Source: Piromyces finnis finn (taxonomy: Eukaryota > Fungi > Neocallimastigomycota). From it: DNA of 64,000 bases. Shown in pieces: positions 41,047 through 56,525 of the stretch. Made by a program: the position numbers and the translations under genes. Where the stretch lies: positions 434,001 through 498,000 of the forward strand of contig MCFH01000002.1 of NCBI GenBank assembly GCA_002104945.1, in the 5' to 3' direction. The stretch's first letter is position 1. Every line of letters begins with the position of its first letter. The notes beneath the pieces were generated by a model. That model was given only the letters and a program-made list of their open reading frames with translations. It ran no database searches and was not told the origin of the DNA.

Positions 41047-44000
41047 TTTTTCTTTGGAGTTTTTATCTGAAGAGGTGGAGGACGAGGTTTTGAATTATTG
41101 GTAAATGAAGCTTTGGTGGATTTGTCAGATAAATCTTCATTTAATTTTTCTTTGTTGATATGTTTTGGTAAGGTCCCTAACTTTCCTTTGGTTTGTTTAT
41201 GAAATTGTTCTTCCAAAGTCATAGATGGTGAAGTAGGTGAAGTTGTACCTTGAATCCTTTCAGGTAAACCATTATAAGGAATAGAAAGTGGTAGGTAGGG
41301 TTCTACCTTTTTATATGATATTGTTTTAGTTTTTCGTTTAATTATTTGAGGATAAATTGATTTTTGAGAGGAATCATCATTATCACAAATTGGACAAATT
41401 TTTAACCAAAAAGATGATTTTTCATATACTCCTAAACTACTATAGTTAAAACTACCTCGACTAGATTGACTATGGCATATTTCTTGGTCATAAGAAGTAA
41501 AAGAGGTAAAGGAAACATTATTACTGTTTTTATTTTCTTCATTGTATTGTTTTTGATATTTGGAATAAAGTTTACTAAAGAAATTTGGATGATTTATAAT
41601 ATAATCATAAATACAACATTTATGGAAAAGATGTCCACAAAAGAAATAAACTACGGAGTCATCCTGTTTTATTATAATTCCTTTAGCCATGAATTGATGA
41701 TATGCTTGTTTTTCTTTAGAAACAGTGTCATTATCCTCACATCCACTATTAAAACTATCTTTTGCTTCTGGACTTTTGGAACTAATAGGAGATAGAGAGG
41801 AAATGGAAGTATTACTTGAAATAGAAGAAGGGGATGTTAAGGAAGTGATCAACTTTTTATGACAAAGATGACAATGACGACAATCCATTCTAATGGCTTT
41901 ATGAAGATCTTGATTTAAGAAATAGGTATTTTGTGCTATATCCTCCATAGTAATTTTATTGACTGATTGAAGAAGGTTATATTCAAAATTATACATTTCA
42001 ATAACTAAAAGAATAATTTCTTTATATTCTCCATATTTCGAATAATCCTTTTTATCTTCAGATATTAGTTTTACTACTAGTTTTGGGAATGAAATAAAGC
42101 CAATCATACTATTTAAAATAGTTTTAATATAGAATTGAAGGGTATTAGATAAATTAATATCTTTCCATATATCTATAATAATATTCTTATTGACTTTATT
42201 TTTGTTATTTATATCATCATTATCTTTATCATCACACATTTCTGATGTTATAAGAATGTTGCTTTCATTATTTACACTACCCTCACTTTCACGCTTAATA
42301 TTAGTGTCAATAACTTCAGTATTGATTTCATTTGTATTGTCATTAATTATTGAATTCTCGTCATTTTTATTTTCAAAAAATTTCTCTTTATCACAAAATT
42401 GTATTTGATTTTCTTTAGCCTTTTTACTGAAGCGTAAAGTTTTTTTATTTGATTTTTCACGTAATGTGGATTCCATTTTTTTAATCTCTTTTATTATTGG
42501 TGAGGTTTCATCAATGACATACTTTTTGAATTCACAATAAGGTTTTACAAATGTTATAAAAAGCTTATACCAAAGATCTTTACTATTAAAAGATTTTTTT
42601 GCTCCTTTTCTCATATCTGTAGTGACTTTATCATCCTGATATATCGATTCTGAACGTCTGCAAAGATCAATGGCCTTTTTCATTTGAATTTCAATAATTT
42701 CAAATAATGTTTTTATTTGAGGTTTTAAGCGTTCCTCTTCTATTTCACCATACACCGTATAATGAATATCATCTTTATTTAATATACTACTATCTAGTTT
42801 TTTTATTAATTCATTAATTTTGTCAAATTGTTCTTGTATATAATCAAGGAAACAATCCAAAGCTTTATTTATATTACCACATTTTTCCATAATCCAAGCA
42901 CTGGAGTCAACAACATTATACCGACGACAAATTTCACTTATCTTTTCTGTAGAATAAAAGTAAGATTTATAGGTTTCATCAATAAACTTTAAATAGTCCA
43001 TAACTTGTTCTGGTTCACACTGACATATTAATTCGATATAAACTTCATTAATGTCTTGTTCAAATATAAGGAATGGTGATGTAATTTGATACTTTTTAGA
43101 AGCTCCTTCTTTTTTTTCTTCAGTTTCTGATAAGTTAGCTGTTGAAATCTTTTTATAGAATAATACACATAAAATACGATTAATTAATTCTTGAATTAAC
43201 TTATAATTTGTAGAAGAATTTTCTGTAACTAATGTAAATTCATTTTTTGAATTTCTTTTTATCTTTTTATTATTTATTTTGTTCACTTTTGGAGTAATTT
43301 CTATAATATCTGAAGAAAAAGTAACTTCTTTTGGTTGAAAATTAATAACATTATTGCTACCATTAATCAACTTATTTTCTAAAACTTCAATGGCTAAATT
43401 TCCGGATGGTGTAATTTCAATGGTTGGACCGAGAGTGAATATTAATTGAAGAATACTTTTTAAAAAGCGATACTTTAAATCATTAGAAATTAATGATTGA
43501 TAAATAGATAACCATGAATTTGGTGAGAAAAGTAATATTATAACATAAGCTAAGCGATTACAATCAATTTTTAATAAATCTTCAACATTTTCGGTAATAG
43601 TGTTTTTAATGTCATTTAATTGATCGGTAGTTAAATGAGAATAATTAATAATATCGGGATTTGAGCTATTAATGATTATATCTAATTCAGAGTTATTATT
43701 AGAAAATGATGTATAACTTGTAGAAAGGTGAAGAATTTCAAATATGCATTGATATACATCTTTTTGACGATACCTATCAAATAAATAACATTCAATAATT
43801 TTTGAAAAATTCCTTTTTCTAATATAAATATTTTCACATAGTTTATAGTATTTCGCTTTTCTATATTTTTTAATTAGCTTTTCCTTACTTTCAGGAGGAT
43901 TATAAATAGTAAGAATGGATTGTATAGAATGTTGACGAATATCTCTAGATTCCCACACTGTTAATCCTAAGGAATTTACAAATAATGTGGAATTGATTAA

Positions 44001-47000
44001 ATCATCTGTTGAAATTCGTTTTTCGTTATAGAATTTAATATAATATTCATCTTCTTTATAATCCAATAAGAAATTATATATTTTTTCCAAAATATTATCT
44101 TCAAGATAAATAAAAGTTGAAAATTTTGAAATCATGCGACAAATAAATTCATAAAACTGTAATTTTTCATAATTTGAAAATTCATCGTAATTATCAATAA
44201 TATCAAATAAGATGTGAATAATGTACTGATAATTTACTTTCTTCAAACTTTTATCTGCATCATCAAAATCAACATAATCTATATCATTATTGTTCATAAA
44301 TTTATTAGTTTCATTTATAAGTGATGTATCCTTATCAATTTTTAAATACCCTGGATCAAGTATAATTTCTTCATTCATTGAAGCATCTTCAAACGCTGCA
44401 CCTAATACTTTCAACATTTCAGCAGTATTTCTCTTAAAAAGTTCTTTTAAATATGGATATGGAGATATGCCAATAATAATTTCTTTAAACTCTTTTTTAT
44501 ATTGCCATTTAATATAATTTTTGGAAAATAAAAAATTATAACATTGAATCTTTGCTTCTTTAGCATTATCTAAATTAGGTAAACCAAATGGGAATGATTT
44601 TCCACTTAATGAATATGCTAAAAATACATATAACATATATTCCACATCATTTTTCTTTTTATTGTATATCTTTTTAATATTTGTTACTTCTTCTTCATTA
44701 TCTTTATTTATAAATGTATCTATAATTTTAACACTTTTCTCTTTAGATTTTTTATTAACATCACCTTCAGATTTTGATCTCAAATTATCTTTACTATTTT
44801 GTAATTTTAAGTTAGTTTTAATATAATCAATATCATTTTCTGAACGAGTTTTTAATTTAACAAAATTATTGTTGGTATCAACATTCATCATTTGATTTAA
44901 ATCATCATATTTCTCAGATTGGTTTATTTCTTTTTCTTCTATTAAATCCATTAAAATGTCAATTATTGGTGAAATAAAATCTTTTAAAACATGGGAATAT
45001 ATATAAATAAGACCTTTATATAATTTTTTATCTCTAAAAATTTTTATTAAATTATCAATATTAAGAAGTTGAGGATCAATTAATATGATACATTCTTCAA
45101 GGCGTGAGTACCACTTCTTTTCATAAAAATAATTAATAAATGCTTCACTGATTGATGGATTTAAATTATCTTCGGTATATAATTTATCAATTTTATGATT
45201 TAATATATAAATTTCCAAAGTTTCAAAGAATATATCTTGTAAATGACATTCAGAAAACTTATCATAAATATGACCATATAATAAATCAAAACGACCGATA
45301 GTAATACAAACTTCAAAACATATATGTGAAAGATGTTGATATACTGCTTTATCACTCATTTCTGGATTAATGTATTCATAGTCCACTGGAACTACTAATG
45401 TCATGTTCACATAAGAAACCAACAATTTTTCAATATATTCACCAGTATCTATCATTCTTCTTTCATTATCTGTTGGTAAATTCATAACAGCATGCCTACT
45501 ATTATTTTTATAGAAGTCAATTGCTATTGATATTGCTTCAACAATATTACCTGAACGAATTAATGCAGATATTCTTTCTTCCCATGAAAATAAGGAAACT
45601 ATGTAGAATTTAGTTCGACACTATTTAAATTAATAAAAAAATAAATTTATTAACAAATAAATGCATGTATAAATATTTTGTTGATAATTATTCTATTACC
45701 AAAATACATAATCTTCCTTTAAAGGATTGAACACTATGTTGATATGTTATTGCTTCAGATTGTAATTTTGATGAATCTATATTAATACTTTGACATAATA
45801 TCTGTTTTCTACAAACATCTGATTTTTCAATAGAATTCATTAATAGAACATCAAAAATAATAAGATTTTCTTGATTATCCATTAATACAATATACTATTA
45901 TATATAAATATATATATATATATATATAATTTATAGTGAAATAATTCAATATATTGTTATAATGAATTTTCCCATTAAATTAAATAATATTGCTTTATTA
46001 ACACATTATATAATTTATATGATATTAATTTATTAAATTTACCTGAGAGTTCAACCACCTTATAAGTGTGATATTATGCTTAGCCTTCCAATTACCAACA
46101 TTAATAAATTGAAAACTGAATTTATTTTTATATTTTCTATGTTTTGATATACGAACAATTGTTAAGTTATTATTATACGAATATGCTAATAGTGGATCAT
46201 TTACTATTATTAAAATTTAAATAACAATAAAATTAAATATATATATTTAATTTAGTTAGTATAAATAATTTTTAAAGAATTATCAAAATGACATATAAAA
46301 TCTTCATATAATATACCTTTTATACTATTATTTGATACTTTTTCTGTTTTTAAGGCAGGATACCAAGATAAGCATGAGTATGTAACAGGCTCAAAATCGT
46401 TTTCATTATCAAGAACAGAATTTTTATTCCATTTATAACAATATTGAACATTCATTTCTGGTTTCATACTAAATACAGTTATCTTAAATTTACAAGAATG
46501 AAAATGATAAATATTTTAATTTAGAATATTTATATATAAAAATGATAAATATATATATATTAATATATTTACTGCATCTGTTGTACTAAAAGCTACTATA
46601 TTAGTATCTTCTATTGGATGTTTTGCATTTCCTTTTGTTAAAACTGAAAGTGAAAGTATTGGTGAAAAGTTTTGATTGATTTCTATTCCATTCTTTAATC
46701 CATATAATCTTGTTGTGTTAACATAATAAATCATTAATATTTTTTGTATCAAATGATAAAATATCATACCCTAGTATATTGACAATGATTGTATATTACA
46801 TTTTTAATTACAAAAATCATTTTACAAATTTAAGATATTTTTTAGTTAAAATAATTTACATTAATGAACATACATTATTATCAGCACTTATAATTTCAGA
46901 TGGATTTATAAAATCAATAAATGTAATAGTTGAATTTTCTTGGTGCATTTTTTTATTATTATTACTTTTATTATTAATAGGTAATATTTCTTTTATTTTA

Positions 47001-48635
47001 GTTGATTGTTCAATATCCCATATAGTAATTTTACCATTTTGATGTCCTGAAGCAACATATGCATTATCAGGTGATATAGCTATAGAAGTAACTGGTGATA
47101 TATCTATGCCTTCACTAGTAAAGCCAAACATTACTTTAAGATTTTGATTAAGATCATAAATTAAAACAGCGCCATTTGACATACCAAAAACAATATATTT
47201 TCTTATCTTTTTAATATATAAATTTTATTAAGAATATATTTAAGATATTATAATATTTTGGGGATATGATATACCTTTAGTTAATCAAAAATTTTTAATT
47301 ACATATTTATATTTAATTCTTACACAAAAAACTGTTGGCATTCCTATTTCATCCTTAATTCGCTTTGAATACAATTGTTCTGATATTGTTCTTAATTTTG
47401 TCCATTGAAACTTTAAAACAAATTGTAAATATATATAATTGAAATATGTCACTTTTAAGTTTATTTTATATAATGTTAATATAAATATATATATATATAT
47501 ATATTTACAACATCAGATGGACCAGGTGGCATAGTATTTTCTTTTTGATTTCCAAATACTTTAATGGATATATTTGAAAAGTTGGATTTTGATGGAACAA
47601 TAGGATTTGATTCAGAATTTCTTCTATATCTTGATATGCTTTTAGGAGGCACATTATAATAAGAATTCAAATTATTTCTTTTAAATGTAGGAGACGATAA
47701 AGAAGAGCATACACTTTGAGAGACATCTATCTGTTAATATTATATTTAAGAAATTTGATAATTGTTGAATTTAGAAATAAATAATATACATTATTATATT
47801 TATTTTTACATTATTATTTGTGTTTTGTATTTAGTTTATGAATACTTTCTTTAGTATAATAAATACTTAAAATGATTATTTACTGCATTACATTATTATT
47901 GTCGATAAAACTCTGAATTTTACTACTTGTTAATGATTGGATATCATTTATATATTCTTCTGGTAAATCGTTGCTTTCTTTTAAAATTTCATCTAAAGTT
48001 AAACGGTTTTCTAATAAATTGATAAATAAGTATAAATACAATTTACATTTAACATTTTTATATTTTATATATATACCTGTCTTATTAATGAATTGTTCAT
48101 ATAATTTTATTTCTAACACAATTTTCTCTATGATATTCTCTATTTTTGTTAAAATAAAAGTATAATTTGTAGTATTGTCTGAATTACTTTGTGATATTTT
48201 ATTATCTTTTTCAAAATTTAAAAGTTGTTCTTTTAATATCTCCAATTCGGATTTTTTTTCTTTTAATTTACTTGAAGAAATTTTAGGAAGCTCATTTTCT
48301 GGTACAATAATTTTATTAAATTTTGTTTCTAAACACGATATGACCTGAATAGGATCTTAATTTCAATATTATTTTAATAAGTGACATAAAAAAAAAAAAA
48401 AAATGTATTAATAAAATGATAAATAAAAAATTATTCATATTAAAATTTAAATTTCGAATTTGTAAATAAATGATTTATACATTCTTTAATTTTTTTACAA
48501 TTATATAAAACAATAATATTATTATTTCTATCTTTCTATAATATTATTTTCACTTTTTTATTAAAAAAAATTTATAACTTTCTTATTATATATATTTTGT
48601 ATTAGAATTATATCAAAATTACCTGTTTTCTCCAT
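39984..48635 (-). CDS. VPS8: Vps8, CORVET tethering complex subunit (WD40 propeller, alpha-solenoid/CHCR, RING-like), multi-exon
   Basis: WD exons (IVFGMSNGAVLIYD..SPVTSIAISPDNAYVASGHQNGKITIWDI), FFETLEIYIL, KKLYKGLIYIY, YIELICQCEPEQVMDYL, and C-terminal CHLCHKKL..FFCGHLFHKCC..CPIC; terminal exons 40813-40891 and 39984-~40698 inferred from splice sites. Confidence 0.85.
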
Positions 48636-48918
48636 TATTATTTTAACTAACTATTAATATTCCATTACAACTATTAAAATATAAATTTAAATTGTACTTG
48701 TATTTATAAACAACAAAATATAATTTATTATATTATAATATAATGTATATTAAGATATTAAGATATAGATATATTTATAATATTTTATGAAGAAAGATTT
48801 TATTTTATTTTCTTCTTCAGTATATTTAACTATATAATGGAATAATTGAACTTTGGTTTTCAATTTTTTTAATTTAAAATTCTGTAATAAATTTTTTAAA
48901 AAAATAACTATTAATAAA

Positions 48919-48926
48919 GTCACGTG
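48919..48926. promoter_or_regulatory. GTCACGTG E-box (bHLH-type site) in the VPS8 / nucleoporin divergent promoter
   Basis: Exact GTCACGTG in an otherwise almost pure A/T intergenic region of ~380 bp. Confidence 0.3.
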
Positions 48927-49013
48927 TAATGATTCTTTATTCTTTAATTTTTTTTTTTTTTTTTCTTATTTCTTTTTTCTAAAAAACAATTAAATATCAA
49001 TATATAGTATAAA

Positions 49014-50509
49014 ATGGTTATTTGTCAATATTTTTTAAATGGAAATTGTCGTTTCGGCAATAATTGTAGAAATGAACATGTATACCCAAACTCTAATAAC
49101 TCCTCCTTTCGGAATAGTAATTATTAAAATATAAAATTCAAAATTTTATAAATACATAGTAGAAAATTTTAATTCTGTTGTTGCTAATTTTAAAATTGGA
49201 TTCTTTATTAATAGATAATTATAAAAATAAAAATATGCAAGAATCTATAAAAATGTAATATAATATAATTTAATACATTATTAAGTGATAAAAAATACAT
49301 TTATTTATGCATTTAATACATTTTAATACTAATATTAAATAATAAATTATAAGATTAAATTCAGATTTAAATTATGAAAGACCAAAATGGCCTTTCTCTT
49401 CATATATAACAAATAATGGTGGAAGAATTTTATTAGAAAATTTTGATGTATCTCCTGAAGAACTTCGTTATAAATTTTATGTATCTCAAAAAACAGGCCA
49501 AATACAACAATACGTAATAATTAATATACTAAAGTAATAATACGAAAGTTATTTCAAATATTAATGAAATAATATATATATTTTTTTATATCTTGTTCAA
49601 TAATCAATAATAAAGAATATGTATCAACAAGAGTTAAATCAAAAAATAAATAGTGCAATACAGAATATTCTTAATAATCCAGAAAAAGCATTACAAGGTA
49701 ATCTTCAACCAGCAAATGCATTTAGTCAAAGTTCATTTGGTAATTCATCATCAGCCTTTGGTTCAACAGGCTTTGGTAATAATACAACATCAGCTTTTGG
49801 TTCAACAGGATTTGGTAATAAAACTACAAGCGCATTTGGAAATAATACAACATCAACCTTTGGTTCAACAGGCTTTGGTAATAAAACTACAAGCGCATTT
49901 GGAAATAATACAACATCAGCTTTTGGTTCAACAGGTTTTGGAACTAACAATAATGTAAGTGCATTTGGTAATAAAACAACAACAGCACCAGCTTTTGGAT
50001 CAACAGGATTTGGAGCAAACAATACTGTAAGTGCATTTGGCAGTAAAACAACAACAGTACCAGCTTTTGGATCAACAGGATTTGGAACAAACAATACTGT
50101 AAGCGTATTTGGCAGTAAAACAACAACAGCACCAGCTTTTGGATCAACAGGATTTGGAACAAATAACACAAGTGCATTTGGTTCAACTGGCACTGGAAAT
50201 AATACAAATTCAGCTTTTGGTAATAATAATATAAATTCAACATTTGGTAATAATAATACAAATTCAGCTTTTAATAGTAATACTACTTCATCAGTATTTG
50301 GAAATAACTCAGTGACTGCCTTTGGTAATAATGCATTTGGACAAAGCAATAGCATTGGAAATTCAGCATTTTCTTCAAATGGAAATTCTAATGCTTTGTA
50401 CTATGGAGATGAAAAGCAATTATCGCAAGAACAAATTAAAAGTTATGAAAATTCTGATTTTTCTTTTAAGACAATTCCCGAAATACCACCACCACAAAAA
50501 TATTGTTAA
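49014..50509 (+). CDS. AMO1: CCCH-zinc-finger FG nucleoporin (AMO1 / NUPL2 / Nup42-like), multi-exon
   Basis: MVICQYFLNGNCRFGNNCRNEH; ERPKWPFSSY..DVSPEELR; many AFGSTGFG repeats; C-terminal YENSDFSFKTIPEIPPPQKYC. Confidence 0.85.
49790..50170 (+). repeat. Coding tandem repeats in the FG domain: two 63-bp units, then three ~72-bp units
   Basis: 63-bp units start at 49790 and 49853 (third start 49916); 72-bp units start at 49958, 50030 and 50102 (SAFGxKTTTAPAFGSTGFGxNNTV). Confidence 0.85.
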
Positions 50510-51205
50510 TTCAATTTTTAAATTTTAGTTTATTATCTATTAATATCGATAAATTTTAATATATAAATCAAAGAAATAGAAATAAAGTCTTATTGTAAAT
50601 ATTATTTTTAATATTTTATATTTATGAATAAAATATTTTATTTTATTACAATAGAAATAAATAAAATAAAATAAAAAAAACTATCACTTCATTTTTTTTT
50701 TTTTTTTTAAGAGTATATCATATTGATAATAATTATCATATAGCAGTATATAAAAATAAATATGTATTAATTCTTAGATTTATTAATAATTAATAAAATA
50801 TTTAATAATTAATAAAATTTTTAAATATTTTTTAATTAAAATTATTTTTTTTTTAATACTTACTATAAATTTTTAAAAAAATATCGAAACTGATTGGTAA
50901 ATATTTGATTAGCCTATAAAAAATACTACAATTTATGTTTTTTTTTTTAAATATATCAATTTTTAAAAATTAAAATATTTTATAGAAGTTAAAAGCAAAA
51001 ATATATTTACTTTAAATTATTGATATAGACATTTATTTTTATTTAAATTATTATAAAGAAAATTATAGAAAATTTATTAGATTAATACATATTTAAAAGT
51101 AAGCATCATTAAAATATGATATATTTATAGAATAAAAAAATATAATTATTATCTATTACTAATTAATTTTAATGCAAATAAATATAGATATACATAATAG
51201 TTAAA

Positions 51206-54200
51206 ATGGATAAGAATTCATTAAGTCAATTATTTAATGCAACTTTAAGTCAAGACCAAAACATTCGTATGAAAGTTGAATTGGCTTTAAAAGACGTAGG
51301 ATATTAAATATATATAAATATATTGTCATACCCAAAAAATAAAATCATAAATGAGAATTAATAATTAATAATAACTATACATTTGTTATATATAAAGTAT
51401 GAAAAGCAAGAAAATTTCATGAATGTTGTTTTAACAATTATATGTTCAGAAGATGTTGATATGGGAACTAGACATGCTGGTAAAGTATTGATAAATGTTA
51501 TTAAAATTAGGATTATATAGAGAATAACTGAAATCATTATTGACTATCAAATGGATACTCTATTATATAAATAAATTATTAAAATTAATAGCTGCTATTT
51601 ATTTCAAGAATAGAATTAGAAAAGGATGGAATAATAACTCAACAAACTTCATCGGTATTTCTGAGAATGACAAAGAATTTATAAAACTAAATATTATTGA
51701 AGCCTTAAGTAAAGTTCCACAAGTCATTCGGTATATATCTTAAATTAGTATAAATAGCAATAAATTTAAATGAAAAGAAAAAATATTAATTAGTATTTTC
51801 AATATATATATTAATATTAAAATAGTACACAACTTACTTCATCAATAAACATTGTTATTTGTAACGATTGGCCAGAAAAATGGCCTCAATTAGTTCCAAG
51901 TTTAACTGCTTTATTAAGTTCTACTGAATATCAACATAATTATATTGGTGTTTTAGTTTTAAATGAAATAGTTAGAATTTACCAGTAAGTAATTTAAAAT
52001 AATAATTAATAAAAAAAATTAATGAAATTAATAAAAATAAATATATAAAACAGATTTAAAAAAGATGAAAGAGAACCACTTATTCAAGTCGTTGAACACA
52101 TTTATCCATTAACCTTAAAAATTGCTCAAAATGCAGCTAACACTGATACCTTAGAAGCTGCTGAAATTATTAAATTAATTTTCAAAATTTACTCTTCATC
52201 AATTCAAGTAATTAAAAATAATTTGGATTATAAACAATAAAATTCTATATATAATAATAGCTAATTTAATTAATATTATCCTTAAAATTTTTATTAATTC
52301 AATATTATAACAATAAAAAACATTAAAAGTGTGATTTCTTCCCATGTTTACAAAATGAAGCTTCATTAGTTCCATGGGGCACTTTATTCTTACAAATTGT
52401 TGAAAAAGATATTCCAGACGAAGTTTTACCACAAATGAAAGAAGAACGTGAAAAGTACCAATGGTGGAAAGCTAAGAAGTGGGCTTATAAGTGTTTAAAT
52501 AGAATTTTCTCAAGATATGGTAGTCCAAATTCATTAAAAGAATACAGACAATTTGCTGAAGGATTTACCCAAAACTTTGCACCAATTATTTTAAAATCCT
52601 ATTTAAAGCAAACAGAATTATTAGTTAATGGACGCTTTATTTCTTCATGGGTATTACATTTAATTGGTGACTTTTACACAGAATGGTATGAGAAAGAATA
52701 TTATTATTATTATTATTATTACAATAAATTATATATTTGTTTATATTAACATCAACACAAAATTACTATATAGTGTTAAACCAAAAGTTACTTGGCAAAT
52801 TCTTAAACCACAAGTTGAAGCTTTAACTAAATACTTTATTTTCCCACTTATGTGCTTTAATGCTGAAGAACAAGAATTATGGGAAGAAGATCCTGTTGAA
52901 TATGTTAGAAAGCGTTTTGGTAATTATTAATTATAATAAAAAATTAAATATAATTTTAATTAATATAATAAACTTTATAATATTAAATTCATTTATTATT
53001 TATTAAAAGACCCAATGGATGATTTCAAGAGTCCAGTTGCATCTGCTGCTGCTTTCCTTGTTACTTTAGTTAAAGATCGTCGTTCTCGTACTTTTATGCC
53101 AATTTTAGAATTTATCAACAGTATTATTGAAACGTTCGTATTTCATAATTAAATATAGTAATTAATAATATATTCTTATTATTAATAATAATTGTATTAA
53201 ATAAAATAATGGTGATGTTATAATAATAAAAAACAGAAACAAACAACCACAAGATATGAATGCTGCTTATCAAAAAGATGGTGCTTTAGCAATGATTGGA
53301 ATTTTATCCGATTTAACACTCCGTAAAAACTCACCAGTTAAAGACCAAATGGGTAGCTTTTTAATTAATTTATTTGATGATTTTAATAGTCAATTCCCAT
53401 TCCTTCGTGTTAGAGTATGTTAAAAATATAATATAAATTATTTTTAATATTTTACATTATAATATGTAAAATTGAATTATTAATTAATTTATAATATTTT
53501 AATATAATAGATTTGTGAATTAATAACAAAATTTGAAGATCTTGAATTAAATGATGAAGTTTGTATATAAAGTTCTATAAATATATAATATAATGATCAA
53601 CGTATTTAATATATTCAATTACATTATAATTATTATAAAATAGCAAGCTAAGCTCTCACTCCAAGGTGTTATGAACTGTATGCAAAATGAAGAATTACCA
53701 GTTAAAATTGCTTCATGTTTAGCTCTTAGTAGTTTACTCCAATACGAATCAGGTAATTGATTTGTTAATTATATATTTAATAATTTGAAAAAAGTAAAAA
53801 AAAAAAAAAAAAAAAAAAACTTATTTATAAATAAAAAATATAGTTCAAGCTGAAATAGGTCCACATATTGGTGTAATCATGCAAGAATTATTAAAGTTAT
53901 TAAATGAAATTGATATGGATACTTTAACACCATTGATGAACAGAATGGTTGAATTATTTGCTGACCAATTAGCTCCATATGCCACTCAATTATGTGAACA
54001 ATTAGTAAGTAAAATTTATTTAATATAAGTGAAAATAATAAAAGAAATAATATTTCTAATAATCTCTGAAATAATTTAGAGAGACACATTATTAAGAATG
54101 ATAGGAGAAGCTACTGTTGAAAATGCCGATGAAGATGCTGCTGGTAACAAAATTATGGCATCTATGGGTATTTTAAAGACTATCTCAACTGTTGTTTTAG

Positions 54201-56074
54201 CTATGGAAGCTTCACCAAATGTAAAAATATATTTTATAATATGATTACTATATTTTAAAAATGTTATTACATCAAGTATATATTTATTAATTAATTAATT
54301 AATTATAAATATTAGATTTTAGCCCAATTAGAAGTAACTTTATACCCAGTAATTCATTATATTCTTGAAAAGCAAATTATTGGTAAATTGATAATGTCCT
54401 TAAAATTAATATAAAATTAATTATTTAAAATAAAAAGATAAAATAAAAAATAATAGACAAGCATTATTATATAACATTATATATTATAATCATTACATTA
54501 TTAATTCTTTTATAATATTATTTAATTAGATTTATATGATGATATCTTAGAAATTATCGATGGCTTTACTTACTGTCAAAAGAAGGTCTCAGAAGTCATC
54601 TGGAGTACTTTTGATTTAATTTACAAAACCTTTATGGATGATGCCATTGATTATATTAGAGGTATATTTTATATATATAATAAAATGTAATATATGTATA
54701 AATAAGAAATTAATATTAATAATATTTATATTTATATTTATTATAGAAATGTTCCCATGTTTAGATAACTTTATTTCATTCGGTAGTGACGTATTTAATG
54801 CTAATAAAGATTATCAAAACAAAATGTTTGAAATTATCAAAACTATCATGGAAACTGATGCTTTAGATTCTACTGAACGTATTTATGGTTGTCAATTAAT
54901 GGAATCAATGATGTTAAACTGCAGAGGTGTCATTGATAACGTAAGTTTATTAGTAAATATATTGTTTTTAAGTAAACTTATAGAAAATTAAAAATAAATT
55001 TTATTTGATAAAAATAAAAAGTATATTCCAGAATTCATCACTCTTTCCCATAAATATATTGAAACACCAGTAGATGAAGATGAAGGTAGTTTACCAGCTG
55101 GTTTTATCATAACTTGTTTTGAAGTTGTAAGTAAACATAATCTTTTAAAAAAATAATGACTCATACTCGATTTTAAAGCATCAAGAATTATTAATTTTTA
55201 TTTTTTTTTTTCTTTTTTTTTCTTTAGATCATTAATGCAATTTACTATAACCCATTACTTTCTTTAAGCTTCTTAGAACATATTAACTACACTTCAACCT
55301 TCTTCACAAAATGGTTTGGTGCCTTAGATAAATTCAAGCGTGTTCATGATAAGAAATTATGTATTGTTGCCCTTTTAACTTTATTAGATATTCCATTTGA
55401 AAATATTCCAAAACCTTTACAAGATGGATGGAGTCAAATTATGTTTGCTTTAATAAACTTATTCCAAACTTATCCAAAGGCTGTTGAAGGTAAATTATTA
55501 AATTAATTATAATTGTTTTTTTTTTTTTTAATATACAATATTATATAGAAATATATTAATTACATTTTATTGGTATATTCAATATAGAACGTAAGAAGTT
55601 AGAAGATGATGAAGAAAACTATGAAGATGCATATGAAAAATTATTAAATGGTGATGATGAAAATGAAGAATATGTTGAAGTTGAAGGTGATGAAAATGTT
55701 ATTGATGGTGATGGTGAAGATTACTTACAATTACTTGCTGAAGCTGCTGCTAATGAATTCGGTCTTTATGATACATTTGAAGAATTAGAAGAAGAATTAT
55801 ATTTCCAAACTCCATTAGATAATATTGATATTTACATCAAATTCCAAGATATCTTCCAATGTAAGTACAATTATAATTTTTTTTTTCTTTTTGAAATTAT
55901 TATTAATAATATATTTATTATTAAATTTTAGTCATCTCTCAAAACCAAGTACAATCATATGGTTTACTTACTCAATCTTTAAACCCAGAACAACAAGCCT
56001 TCTTAAATAATGTTATGGAAATTGCAAACCAAAATAGAATTCAACAAAGCCAAAATATGGCAAATCCACAATAA
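51206..56074 (+). CDS. NMD5: Importin-7/8 family karyopherin (Nmd5/Sxm1-like), many exons
   Basis: AAIYFKNRIRKGW (IBN_N), NDWPEKWP, WWKAKKWAYKCLNRIFSRYG, LMCFNAEEQELWEEDPVEYVRK, KDGALAMIG, FLRVR, RVHDKKLCI and an acidic C-terminal tail. Confidence 0.9.
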
Positions 56075-56513
56075 ATGAACAAAAATCTTTAATATATCAA
56101 TTTAATAACATTTGTTTTAAATCTACTTAATTATATATACTAAAATTAGAGATATAACAAGAATTACACAAATTAAGAAATATAAATTAGTTACATATTT
56201 TTTAATTAAAAAGATGTAATAATAATAATAATAATAATAATAATTAATATCTATTATTATGAGGTTTTTTTTATTTTAATAATATTTATATTATTTAAGG
56301 ATTTTTTTTTTTTTTTTTATTTTATTTCTCAAACAAAAAAAAAATTAAATAAAATAATTTAAAAACTATTTATCACTTTATGGGAAATTTCTATTTCTAT
56401 ATATCATTAAAAACACAAAATAGCATGATTTTTATTATAAAATTTTTAATATTTAAATATATAAAAAAAATTTATATATTTTTATATACAAATATATTAT
56501 TTAGACTAAGGTT

Positions 56514-56525
56514 TGTACTATTGTA
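56514..56525 (+). repeat. Left target-site duplication TGTACTATTGTA
   Basis: Identical 12-mer at 62118-62129, immediately after the poly(A) tail. Confidence 0.9.

Noticed and set aside
49733-50250. Regularly spaced repeats resembling a CRISPR-like array
   Set aside because: They are in-frame FG-nucleoporin coding repeats with no unique spacers.
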